64,000 nucleotides of DNA, taken from Azolla caroliniana (taxonomy: Eukaryota; Plantae; Polypodiophyta). The notes under the pieces are model-generated. The model made no database searches. It was not told the origin of the DNA and saw nothing but the letters and a program-made list of their open reading frames with translations. The translations under genes and the position numbers were made by a program. The stretch covers positions 434,001-498,000 of the forward strand of contig JBHGNT010000024.1 of the NCBI GenBank assembly GCA_043228905.1, written 5' to 3'. Positions 15,001 through 27,566 of this stretch are shown here, piece by piece (the first letter of the stretch is position 1; each line of letters begins with the position of its first letter).

Positions 15001-16810
15001 TGATATGGAATTAAAAAATCAAGATTTTGAAACTCAGGTCGAGAGACATGACGAAATTACCAAATTTGAGGAGTGATTTGAGAGGAGCCCTTGAGTAAAT
15101 TAAAATGTTCATATCGGGCTCGTGTGATATCCGATTTTTGTGTTCAAACATGGGAATCGAAGCTAACAACGCTACCTATGATATGGAATTAAAAAATCAA
15201 GATTTTGAAACTCAGGTCGAGAGACATGACGAAATTACCAAATTTGAGGAGTGATTTGAGAGGAGCCCTTGAGTAAATTAAAATGTTCATATCGGGCTCG
15301 TGTGATATCGGATTTTTGTGTTCAAACAAGCGAATCGAAGCTAACAACGCTACCTATGATATGGAATTAAAAAATCAAGATTTTGAAACTCAGGTCGAGA
15401 GACATGACGAAAATAGCAAACTTGAGGAGGGAGTTGAGAGGAGCCCTTTAGTAAATTAAAATGTTCATACCTGGCTCGTGTGATATCGGATTTTTATGTT
15501 CAAACATGCGAATCGAAGCTAACAACGCTACCTATGATATGGAATTAAAAAATCAAGATTTTGAAACTCAGGTCGAGAGACATGACGAAAATAGCAAACT
15601 TGAGGAAGGAGTTGAGAAGAGCCCTTGAGTAAATTAAAATGTTCATACCTGGCTCGTGTGATATCGGATTTTTGTGTTCAAACATGCGAATCGAAGCTAA
15701 CAACGCTAGCTATGATATGGAATTAAAAAATCAAGATTTTGAAACTCAGGTCGAGAGACATGACGAAAATAGCAAACTTGAGGAGGGAGTTGAGAGGAGC
15801 CCTTGAGTAAATTAAAATGTTCATACCTGGCTCGTGTGATATCGGATTTTTATGTTCAAACATGCGAATCGAAGCTAACAACGCTACCTATGATATGGAA
15901 TTAAAAAATCAAGATTTTGAAACTCAGGTCGAGAGACATGACGAAATTACCAAATTTGAGGAGTGATTTGAGAGGAGCCCTTGAGTAAATTAAAATGTTC
16001 ATATCGGGCTCGTGTGATATCCGATTTTTGTGTTCAAACATGGGAATCGAAGCTAACAACGCTACCTATGATATGGAATTAAAAAATCAAGATTTTGAAA
16101 CTCAGGTCGAGAGACATGACGAAATTACCAAATTTGAGGAGTGATTTGAGAGGAGCCCTTGAGTAAATTAAAATGTTCATATCGGGCTCGTGTGATATCG
16201 GATTTTTGTGTTCAAACATGCAAATCGAAGCTAACAACGCTACCTATGATATGGAATTAAAAAATCAAGATTTTGAAACTCAGGTCGAGAGACATGATGA
16301 AAATAGCAAACTTGAGGAGGGAGTTGAGAAGAGCCCTTGAGTAAATTAAAATGTTCATACCTGGCTCGTGTGATATCGGATTTTTGTGTTCAAACATGCG
16401 AATCGAAGCTAACAACGCTACCTATGATATGGAATTAAAAAATCAAGATTTTGAAACTCAGGTCAGGAGACATGACGAAAATAGCAAACTTGAGGAGGGA
16501 GTTGAGAGGAGCCCTTGAGTAAATTAAAATGTTCATACCTGGCTCGTGTGATATCGGATTTTTGTGTTCAAACATGCGAATCGAAGCTAACAACGCTAGC
16601 TATGAGATGGAATTAAAAAATCAAGATTTTGAAACTCAGGTCGAGAGACATGACAAAATTACCAAATTTGAGGAGTGAGTTGAGAAGAGGTAGTAGGTAA
16701 ATTAAAATGTTCATACCTGGCTCGTGTGATATCGGATTTTTGTGTTCAAACATGCAAATCGAAGCTAACAACGCTACCTATGATATGGAATTAAAAAATC
16801 AAGATTTTGA
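1..16810. repeat. Left satellite domain: 'GCCCTTGAG' monomers, a mixture of type A (AAATAGCAAACTTGAGGAGGGAG...ACCTGG) and type B (AATTACCAAATTTGAGGAGTGAT...ATCGGG)
   Basis: Nearly all monomers read CAAACATG and GAGCCCTTGAGTAAAT. Linked type-B variants are seen at e.g. 461-525, 991-1060, 3301-3370. Boundary approximate. Confidence 0.85.
4910..9990. repeat. ~1.9-kb block duplicated at an offset of 3204 bp (18 monomers): ~4910-6787 and ~8114-9991
   Basis: Private variant GCCCTAGAGT at 5831 and 9035; GTCAGGAGA at ~6138 and ~9342; same order of monomer types. Two differences noted (~8376, ~9438). Confidence 0.8.
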
Positions 16811-16817
16811 AACTCAG
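10157..16817. repeat. 19-monomer higher-order repeat (3382 bp), two tandem copies: ~10157-13435 and ~13539-16817
   Basis: Rare variants at exactly 3382-bp offset: CAAGCG 11945/15327, GCCCTTTAGT 12061/15443, ACAAAATTACC 13271/16653. Confidence 0.92.
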
Positions 16818-19759
16818 CTCGAGAGACATGACGAAAATAGCAAACTTGAGGAAGGAGTTGAGAAGAGCTAGTAGGTCAATTAAAATGTTCATACCTGGCT
16901 CGTGTCATATCCGATTTTTGTGTTCAAACATGGGAATCGAAGCTAACAACGCTACCTATGATATGGAATTAAAAAATCAAGATTTTGAAACTCAGGTCGA
17001 GAGACATGACGAAATTACCAAATTTGAGGAGTGATTTGAGAGGAGCCCTTGAGTAAATTAAAATGTTCATATCGGGCTCGTGTGATATCGGATTTTTGTG
17101 TTCAAACATGCGAATCGAAGCTAACTACGCTACCTATGATATGGAATTAAAAAATCAAGATTTTGAAACTCAGGTCGAGAGACATGACGAAAATAGCAAA
17201 CTTGAGGAGGGAGTTGAGAGGAGCCCTTGAGTAAATTAAAATGTTCATACCTAGCTCTGGTGATATCGGATTTTTGTGTTCAAACATGCGAATCGAAGCT
17301 AACAACGCTACCTATGATATGGAATTAAAAAATCAAGATTTTGAAACTCAGGTCGAGAGACATGACGAAAATAGCAAACTTGAGGAGGGAGTTGAGAGGA
17401 GCCCTTGAGTAAATTAAAATGTTCATACCTAGCTCGTGTGATATCGGATTTTTGTGTTCAAACATGCGAATCGAAGCTAACAATGCTACCTATGATATGG
17501 AATTAAAAAATCAAGATTTTGAAACTCAGGTCGAGAGACATGACGAAAATAGCAAACTTGAGGAAGGAGTTGAGAGGAGCCCTTGAGTAAATTAAAATGT
17601 TCATACCTGGCTCGTGTGATATCGGATTTTTGTTGTCAAACATGCGAATCGAAGCTAACAACGCTACCTATGATATGGAATTAAAAAATCAAGATTTTGA
17701 AACTCAGGTCGAGAGACATCAAGAAATTACCAAATTTGAGGAGTGAGTTGAGAAGAGGTAGTAGGTAAATTAAAATGTTCATACCTGGCTCGTGTGATAT
17801 CGGATTTTTGTGTTCAAACATGCAAATCGAAGCTAACAACGCTAGCTATGAGATGGAATTAAAAAATCAAGATTTTGAAACTCAGGTCGAGAGACATGAC
17901 GAAATTACCAAATTTGAGGAGTGAGTTGAGAAGAGGTAGTAGGTAAATTAAAAGGTTCATACCTGGCTCGTGTGATATCGGATTTTTGTGTTCAAACATG
18001 CAAATCGAAGCTAACAACGCTACCTATGATATGGAATTAAAAAATCAAGATTTTGAAACTCAGGTCGAGAGACATGACGAAAATAGCAAACTTGAGGAAG
18101 GAGTTGAGAGGAGCCCTTGAGTAAATTAAAATGTTCATACCTGGCTCGTGTGATATCGGATTTTTGTTGTCAAACATGCGAATCGAAGCTAACAACGCTA
18201 CCTATGATATGGAATTAAAAAATCAAGAATTTGAAACTCAGGTCGAGAGACATGACGAAATTACCAAATTTGAGGAGTGATTTGAGAGGAGCCCTTGAGT
18301 AAATTAAAATGTTCATATCGGGCTCGTGTGATATCGGATTTTTGTGTTCAAACATGCAAATCGAAGCTAACAACGCTAGCTATGAGATGGAATTAAAAAA
18401 TCAAGATTTTGAAACTCAGGTCAGGAGACATGACGAAAATAGCAAACTTGAGGAGGGAGTTGAGAGGAGCCCTTGAGTAAATTAAAATGTTCATACCTGG
18501 CTCGTGTGATATCGGATTTTTGTGTTCAAACATGCAAATCGAAGCTAACAACGCTAGCTATGAGATGGAATTAAAAAATCAAGATTTTGAAACTCAGGTC
18601 GAGAGACATGACGAAATTACCAAATTTGAGGAGTGAGTTGAGAAGAGGTAGTAGGTAAATTAAAATGTTCATACCTGGCTCGTGTGATATCGGATTTTTG
18701 TGTTCAAACATGCAAATCGAAGCTAACAACGCTACCTATGATATGGAATTAAAAAATCAAGATTTTGAAACTCAGCTCGAGAGACATGACGAAAATAGCA
18801 AACTTGAGGAAGGAGTTGAGAAGAGCTAGTAGGTCAATTAAAATGTTCATACCTGGCTCGTGTGATATCCGATTTTTGTGTTCAAACATGCAAATCGAAG
18901 CTAACAACGCTACCTATGATATGGAATTAAAAAATCAAGATTTTGAAACTCAGGTCGAGAGACATGACGAAAATAGCAAACTTGAGGAGGGAGTTGAGAG
19001 GAGCCCTTGAGTAAATTAAAATGTTCATACCTGGCTCGTGTGATATCGGATTTTTGTGTTCAAACATGCGAATCGAAGCTAACAACGCTACCTATGATAT
19101 GGAATTAAAAAATCAAGATTTTGAAACTCAGGTCGAGAGACATGACGAAAATAGCAAACTTGAGGAGGGAGTTGAGAGGAGCCCTTGAGTAAATTAAAAT
19201 GTTCATACCTAGCTCGTGTGATATCGGATTTTTGTGTTCAAACATGCGAATCGAAGCTAACAACGCTACCTATGATATGGAATTAAAAAATCAAGATTTT
19301 GAAACTCAGGTCGAGAGACATGACGAAAATAGCAAACTTGAGGAGGGAGTTGAGAGGAGCCCTTGAGTAAATTAAAATGTTCATACCTAGCTCGTGTGAT
19401 ATCGGATTTTTGTGTTCAAACATGCGAATCGAAGCTAACAATGCTACCTATGATATGGAATTAAAAAATCAAGATTTTGAAACTCAGGTCGAGAGACATG
19501 ACGAAAATAGCAAACTTGAGGAAGGAGTTGAGAGGAGCCCATGAGTAAATTAAAATGTTCATATCGGGCTCGTGTGATATCGGATTTTTGTTGTCAAACC
19601 TGCGAATCGAAGCTAACAACGCTAGCTATGATATGGAATTAAAAAATCAAGAATTTGAAACTCAGGTCGAGAGACATGACGAAATTACCAAATTTGAGGA
19701 GTGATTTGAGAGGAGCCCTTGAGTAAATTAAAATGTTCATATCGGGCTCGTGTGATATC

Positions 19760-20910
19760 GGATTTTTGTGTTCAAACATGCAAATCGAAGCTAACAACGC
19801 TACCTATGATATGGAATTAAAAAATCAAGATTTTGAAACTCAGGTCGAGAGACATGATGAAAATAGCAAACTTGAGGAGGGAGTTGAGAAGAGCCCTTGA
19901 GTAAATTAAAATGTTCATACCTGGCTCGTGTGATATCGGATTTTTGTGTTCAAACATGCGAATCGAAGCTAACAACGCTACCTATGATATGGAATTAAAA
20001 AATCAAGATTTTGAAACTCAAGTCAGGAGACATGACAAAAATAGCAAACTTGAGGAGGGAGTTGAGAGGAGCCCTTGAGTAAATTAAAATGTTCATACCT
20101 GGCTCGTGTGATATCGGATTTTTGTGTTCAAACATGCAAATCGAAGCTAACAACGCTAGCTATGAGATGGAATTAAAAAATCAAGATTTTGAAACTCAGG
20201 TCGAGAGACATGACGAAATTACCAAATTTGAGGAGTGAGTTGAGAAGAGGTAGTAGGTAAATTAAAATGTTCATACCTGGCTCGTGTGATATCGGATTTT
20301 TGTGTTCAAACATGCAAATCGAAGCTAACAACGCTACCTATGATATGGAATTAAAAAATCAAGATTTTGAAACTCAGGTCGAGAGACATGATGAAAATAG
20401 CAAACTTGAGGAGGGAGTTGAGAAGAGCCCTTGAGTAAATTAAAATGTTCATACCTGGCTCGTGTGATATCGGATTTTTGTGTTCAAACATGCGAATCGA
20501 AGCTAACAACGCTACCTATGATATGGAATTAAAAAATCAAGATTTTGAAACTCAAGTCAGGAGACATGACAAAAATAGCAAACTTGAGGAGGGAGTTGAG
20601 AGGAGCCCTTGAGTAAATTAAAATGTTCATACCTGGCTCGTGTGATATCGGATTTTTGTGTTCAAACATGCAAATCGAAGCTAACAACGCTAGCTATGAG
20701 ATGGAATTAAAAAATCAAGATTTTGAAACTCAGGTCGAGAGACATGACGAAATTACCAAATTTGAGGAGTGAGTTGAGAAGAGGTAGTAGGTAAATTAAA
20801 ATGTTCATACCTGGCTCGTGTGATATCGGATTTTTGTGTTCAAACATGCAAATCGAAGCTAACAACGCTACCTATGATATGGAATTAAAAAATCAAGATT
20901 TTGAAACTCA
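19760..20910. repeat. 3-monomer (534 bp) tandem duplication
   Basis: Private variant AGTCAGGAGACATGACAAAA at 20021 and 20555, with matching flanking monomers. Confidence 0.85.
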
Positions 20911-21974
20911 GCTCGAGAGACATGACGAAAATAGCAAACTTGAGGAAGGAGTTGAGAAGAGCTAGTAGGTCAATTAAAATGTTCATACCTGCCTCGTGTC
21001 ATATCCGATTTTTGTGTTCAAACATGGGAATCGAAGCTAATAACGCTAGCTATGATATGGAATTAAAAAATCAACATTTTGAAACTCATGTCGAGAGATG
21101 TGACGAAATTACCAAATTTGAGGAGTGATTTGAGAGGATCCCTTGAGTAAATTAAAATGTTCATATCGGGCTCGTGTGATATCGGATTTTTGTGTTCAAA
21201 CATGCGAATCGAAGCTAACAACGCTACCTATGATATGGAATTAAAAAATCAAGATTTTGAAACTCAGGTCGAGAGACATGACGAAAATAGCAAACTTGAG
21301 GACGGAGTTGAGAGGAGCCCTTGAGTAAATTAAAATGTTCATACCTAGCTCGTGTGATATCGGATTTTTGTGTTCAAACATGCGAATCGAAGCTAACAAC
21401 GCTACCTATGATATGGAATTAAAAAATCAACATTTTGAAACTCATGTCGAGAGACATGACGAAATTACCAAATTTGAGGAGTGAGTTGAGAGGCGCCCTT
21501 GAGTAAATTAAAATGTTCATACCTGCGGCTCGTGTGATATCGGAGTTTTGTTGTCAAACATGCGAATCGAAGCTAACAACGCTAGCTATGATATGGAATT
21601 AAAAAATCAAGAATTTGAAACTCAGGTCGAGAGACATGACGAAATTACCAAATTTGAGGAGTGAGTTGAGAAGAGGTAGTAGGTAAATTAAAATGTTCAT
21701 ACCTGGCTCGTGTCATATCGGATATTTGTGTTCAAACATGCGAATCAAAGCTAACAACGCTACCTATGATATGGAATAAAAAAATCAAGATTTTGCAACT
21801 CAGGTCAGGAGACATGACGAAAATAGCAAACTTGAGGAGGGAGTTGAGAGGAGCCCTTGAGTAAATTAAAATGTTCATACCTGGCTCCTGTGATATCGGA
21901 TTTTTGTGTTCAAACATGCAAATCGAAGCTAACAACGCTAGCTATAAGATGGAATTAAAAAATCAAGATTTTGA

Positions 21975-24235
21975 AACTCAGGTCGAGAGATGTGACGAAA
22001 TTACCAAATTTGAGGAGTGATTTGAGAGGAGCCCTTGAGTAAATTAAAATGTTCATATCGGGCTCGTGTGATATCGGATTTTTGTGTTCAAACATGCGAA
22101 TCGAAGCTAACAACGCTACCTATGATATGGAATTAAAAAATCAAGATTTTGAAACTCAGGTCGAGAGACATGACGAAAATAGCAAACTTGAGGAGGGAGT
22201 TGAGAGGAGCCCTTGAGTAAATTAAAATGTTCATACCTGGCTCGTGTGATATGGATTTTTGTGTTCAAACATGCAAATCGAAGCTAACAACGCTACCTAT
22301 GATATGGAATTAAAAAATCAAGATTTTGAAACTCAGGTCGAGAGACATGATGAAAATAGCAAACTTGAGGAGGCAGTTGAGAAGAGCCCTTGAGTAAATT
22401 AAAATGTTCATACCTGGCTCGTGTGATATCGGATTTTTGTGTTCAAACATGGGTCGAGAGACATGACGAAAATAGCAAACTTGAGGAAGGAGTTGAGAAG
22501 AGCTAGTAGGTCAATTAAAATGTTCATAACTGGCTCGTGTGATATCCGATTTTTGTGTTCAAACATGGGAATCGAAGCTAACAACGCTAGCTATGATATG
22601 GAATAAAAAAATCAAGATTTTGAAACTCATGTCGAGAGATGTGACGAAATTACCAAATTTGAGGAGTGATTTGAGAGGATCCCTTGAGTAAATTAAAATG
22701 TTCATATCGGGCTCGTGTGATATCGGATTTTTGTGTTCAAACATGCGAATCGAAGCTAACAACGCTACCTATGATATGGAATTAAAAAATCAAGATTTTC
22801 AAACTCAGGTCGAGAGACATGACGAAAATAGCAAACTTGAGGAGGGAGTTGAGAGGAGCCCTTGAGTAAATTAAAATGTTCATACCTAGCTCGTGTGATA
22901 TCGGATTTTTGTGTTCAAACATGCGAATCGAAGCTAACAACGCTAGCTATGAGATGGAATTAAAAAATCAAGATTTTGAAACTCAGGTCGAGAGACATGA
23001 CGAAATTACCAAATTTGAGGAGTGAGTTGAGAAGAGGTAGTAGGTAAATTAAAATGTTCATACCTGGCTCGTGTGATATCGGATTTTTGTGTTCAAACAT
23101 GCAAATCGAAGCTAACAACGCTACCTATGATATGGAATTAAAAAATCAAGATTTTGAAACTCAGCTCGAGAGACATGACGAAAATAGCAAACTTGAGGAA
23201 GGAGTTGAGAAGAGCTAGTAGGTCAATTAAAATGTTCATACCTGCCTCGTGTCATATCCGATTTTTGTGTTCAAACATGGGAATCGAAGCTAACAACGCT
23301 AGCTATGATATGGAATTAAAAAATCAACATTTTGAAACTCATGTCGAGAGATGTGACGAAATTACCAAATTTGAGGAGTGATTTGAGAGGAGCCCTTGAG
23401 TAAATTAAAATGTTCATATCGGGCTCGTGTGATATCGGATTTTTGTGTTCAAACATGCGAATCGAAGCTAACAACGCTACCTATGATATGGAATTAAAAA
23501 ATCAAGATTTTGAAACTCAGGTCGAGAGACATGACGAAAATAGCAAACTTGAGGAGGGAGTTGAGAGGAGCCCTTGAGTAAATTAAAATGTTCATACCTG
23601 GCTCGTGTGATATGGATTTTTGTGTTCAAACATGCAAATCGAAGCTAACAACGCTAGCTATGAGATGGAATTAAAAAATCAAGATTTTGAAACTCAGGTC
23701 GAGAGACATGATGAAAATAGCAAACTTGAGGAGGCAGTTGAGAAGAGCCCTTGAGTAAATTAAAATGTTCATACCTGGCTCGTGTGATATCGGATTTTTG
23801 TGTTCAAACATGGGTCGAGAGACATGACGAAAATAGCAAACTTGAGGAAGGAGTTGAGAAGAGCTAGTAGGTCAATTAAAATGTTCATACCTGGCTCGTG
23901 TGATATCCGATTTTTGTGTTCAAACATGGGAATCGAAGCTAACAACGCTAGCTATGATATGGAATTAAAAAATCAACATTTTGAAACTCATGTCGAGAGA
24001 TGTGACGAAATTACCAAATTTGAGGAGTGATTTGAGAGGATCCCTTGAGTAAATTAAAATGTTCATATCGGGCTCGTGTGATATCGGATTTTTGTGTTCA
24101 AACATGCGAATCGAAGCTAACAACGCTACCTATGATATGGAATTAAAAAATCAAGATTTTGAAACTCAGGTCGAGAGACATGACGAAAATAGCAAACTTG
24201 AGGAGGGAGTTGAGAGGAGCCCTTGAGTAAATTAA
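21975..24235. repeat. Imperfect 8-monomer duplication (offset 1361 bp = 8x178-63) carrying a 116-bp truncated monomer
   Basis: Junction AAACATGGGTCGAG at 22451/23812, 1-bp deletion GATATGGA at 22248/23609, GAGGCAG at ~22370/23731. Confidence 0.8.
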
Positions 24236-27200
24236 ACATGCGAATCGAAGCTAACAACGCTACCTATGATATGGAATTAAAAAATCAAGAATTTGAAACT
24301 CTGGTCGAGAGACATGACGAAATTACCAAATTTGAGGAGTGATTTGAGAGGAGCCGTTGAGTAAATTAAAATGTTCATATCGGGCTCGTGTGATATCGGA
24401 TTTTTGTGTTCAAACATGCAAATCGAAGCTAACAACGCTAGCTATGAGATGGAATTAAAAAATCAAGATTTTAAAACTCAAGTCCAGAGACATGACGAAA
24501 TTACCTAATTTGAGGAGTGAGTTGAGAGGAGCCCTTGAGTAAATTAAAATGTTCATACCTGGCTCCTGTGATATCGGATTTTTGTGTTCAAACATGCAAA
24601 TCGAAGCTAACAACGCTAGCTATAAGATGGAATTAAAAAATCAAGATTTTGAAACTCAGGTCGAGAGATGTGACGAAATTACCAAATTTGAGGAGTGATT
24701 TGAGAGGAGCCCTTGAGTAAATTAAAATGTTCATATCGGGCTCGTGTGATATCGGATTTTTGTGTTCAAACATGCGAATCGAAGCTAACAACGCTACCTA
24801 TGATATGGAATTAAAAAATCAAGATTTTGAAACTCAGGTCGAGAGACATGACGAAAATAGCAAACTTGAGGAAGGAGTTGAGAGGAGCCCTTGAGTAAAT
24901 TAAAATGTTCATACCTGGCTCGTGTCATATCGGATTTTTGTGTTCAAACATGCGAATCGAAGCTAACAACGCTACCTATGATATGGAATTAAAAAATCAA
25001 GATTTTGAAACTCAGGTCAGGAGACATGACGAAAATAGCAAACTTGAGGAGGGAGTTGAGAGGAGCCCTTGAGTAAATTAAAATGTTCATACCTGGCTCT
25101 TGTGATATCGGATTTTTGTGTTCAAACATGCAAATCGAAGCTAACAACGCTAGATATGAGATGGAATTAAAAAATCAAGATTTTGAAACTCAGGTCGAGA
25201 GACATGACGAAATTACCAAATTTGAGGAGTGAGTTGAGAAGAGGTAGTAGGTAAATTAAAATGTTCATACCTGGCTCGTGTGATATCGGCTTTTTGTGTT
25301 CAAACATGCAAATCGAAGCTAACAACGCTACCTATGATATGGAATTAAAAAATCAAGATTTTGAAACTCAGCTCGAGAGACATGACGAAAATAGCAAACT
25401 TGAGGAAGGAGTTGAGAAGAGCTAGTAGGTCAATTAAACTGTTCATAGCTGGCTCGTGTGATATCCGATTTTTGTGTTCAAACATGGGAATCGAAGCTAA
25501 CAACGCTAGCTATGATATGGAATTAAAAAATCAACATTTTGAAACTCATGTCGAGAGATGTGACGAAATTACCAAATTTGAGGAGTGATTTGAGAGGAGC
25601 CCTTGAGTAAATTAAAATGTTCATATCGGGCTCGTGTGATATCGGATTTTTGTGTTCAAACATGCAAATCGAAGCTAACAACGCTACCTATGATATGGAA
25701 TTAAAAAAACAAGATTTTTAAACTCAGGTCGAGAGACATGACGAAATTACCAAATTTGAGGAGTGAGTTGAGAAGAGGTAGTAGGTAAATTAAAATGTTC
25801 ATACCTGGCTCGTGTCATATCGGATTTTTGTGTTCAAACATGCGAATCGAAGCTAACAACGCTACCTATGATATGGAATTAAAAAATCAAGATTTTGAAA
25901 CTCAGGTCGAGAGACATGACGAAAATAGCAAACTTGAGGAAGGAGTTGAGAAGAGCTAGTAGGTCAATTAAAATGTTCATAGCTGGCTCGTGTGATATCC
26001 GATTTTTGTGTTCGAACATGGGAATCGAAGCTAACAACGCTAGCTATGATATGGAATTAAAAAATCAACATTTTGAAACTCATGTCGAGAGACATGACGA
26101 AAATAGCAAACTTGAGGAAGGAGTTGAGAAGAGCTAGTAGGTCAATTAAAATGTTCATACCTGGCTCGTGTGATATCCGATTTTTGTGTTCAAACATGGG
26201 AATCGAAGCTAACAACGCTAGCTATGATATGGAATTAAAAAATCAACATTTTGAAACTCATGTCGAGAGACATGACGAAATTACCAAATTTGAGGAGTGA
26301 GTTGAGAGGCGCCCTTGAGTAAATTAAAATGTTCATACCTGCGGCTCGTGTGATATCGGAGTTTTGTTGTCAAACATGCGAATCGAAGCTAACAACGCTA
26401 GCTATGATATGGAATTAAAAAATCAAGAATTTGAAACTCAGGTCGAGAGACATGACGAAATTACCAAATTTGAGGAGTGAGTTGAGAAGAGGTAGTAGGT
26501 AAATTAAAATGTTCATACCTGGCTCGTGTCATATCGGATATTTGTGTTCAAACATGCGAATCAAAGCTAACAACGCTACCTATGATATGGAATAAAAAAA
26601 TCAAGATTTTGAAACTCAGGTCGAGAGACATGACGAAAATAGCAAACTTGAGGAGGGAGTTGAGAGGAGCCCTTGAGTAAATTAAAATGTTCATATCGGG
26701 CTCGTGTGATATCGGATTTTTGTGTTCAAACATGCAAATCGAAGCTAACAATGCTACCTATGATATGGAATTAAAAAATCAAGATTTTGAAACTCAGGTC
26801 GAGAGACATGATGAAAATAGCAAACTTGAGGAGGGAGTTGAGAAGAGCCCTTGAGTAAATTAAAATGTTCATACCTGGCTCGTGTGATATCGGATTTTTG
26901 TGTTCAAACATGCCAATCGAAGCTAACAACGCTACCTATGATATGGAATTAAAAAATCAAGATTTTGAAACTCAGGTCGAGAGACATGATGAAAATAGCA
27001 AACTTGAGGAGGGAGTTGAGAAGAGCCCTTGAGTAAATTAAAATGTTCATACCTGGCTCGTGTGATATCGGATTTTTGTGTTCAAACATGCAAATTGAAG
27101 CTAACAACGCTTCCTATGATATGGAATTAAAAAATCAAGATTTTGAAACTCAGGTCGAGAGACATGACGAAAATAGCAAACTTGAGGAGGGAGTTGAGAG

Positions 27201-27566
27201 GAGCCCTTGGGTAAATTAAAATGTTCATACCTGGCCCGTGTGATATCGGATTTTTGTGTTCAAACATGCAAATCGAAGCTAGCAACGCTAGCTATGATAT
27301 GGAATTAAAAAATCAAGATTTTGAAACTCAGGTCGAGAGATGTGACGAAATTACCAAATTTGAGGAGTGATTTGGGAGGAGCCCTTGAGTAAATTAAAAT
27401 GTTCATATCGGGCTCGTGTGATATCAGATTTTTGTGTTCAAACATGCGAATCGAAGCTAACAACGCTACCTATGATATGGAATTAAAAAATGAAGTTTTT
27501 TAAAGTCAAGTCCAGAGACATGACCACAATAGCAAACTTGAGGAGGGAGTTGAGAAGAGCCCTTGA

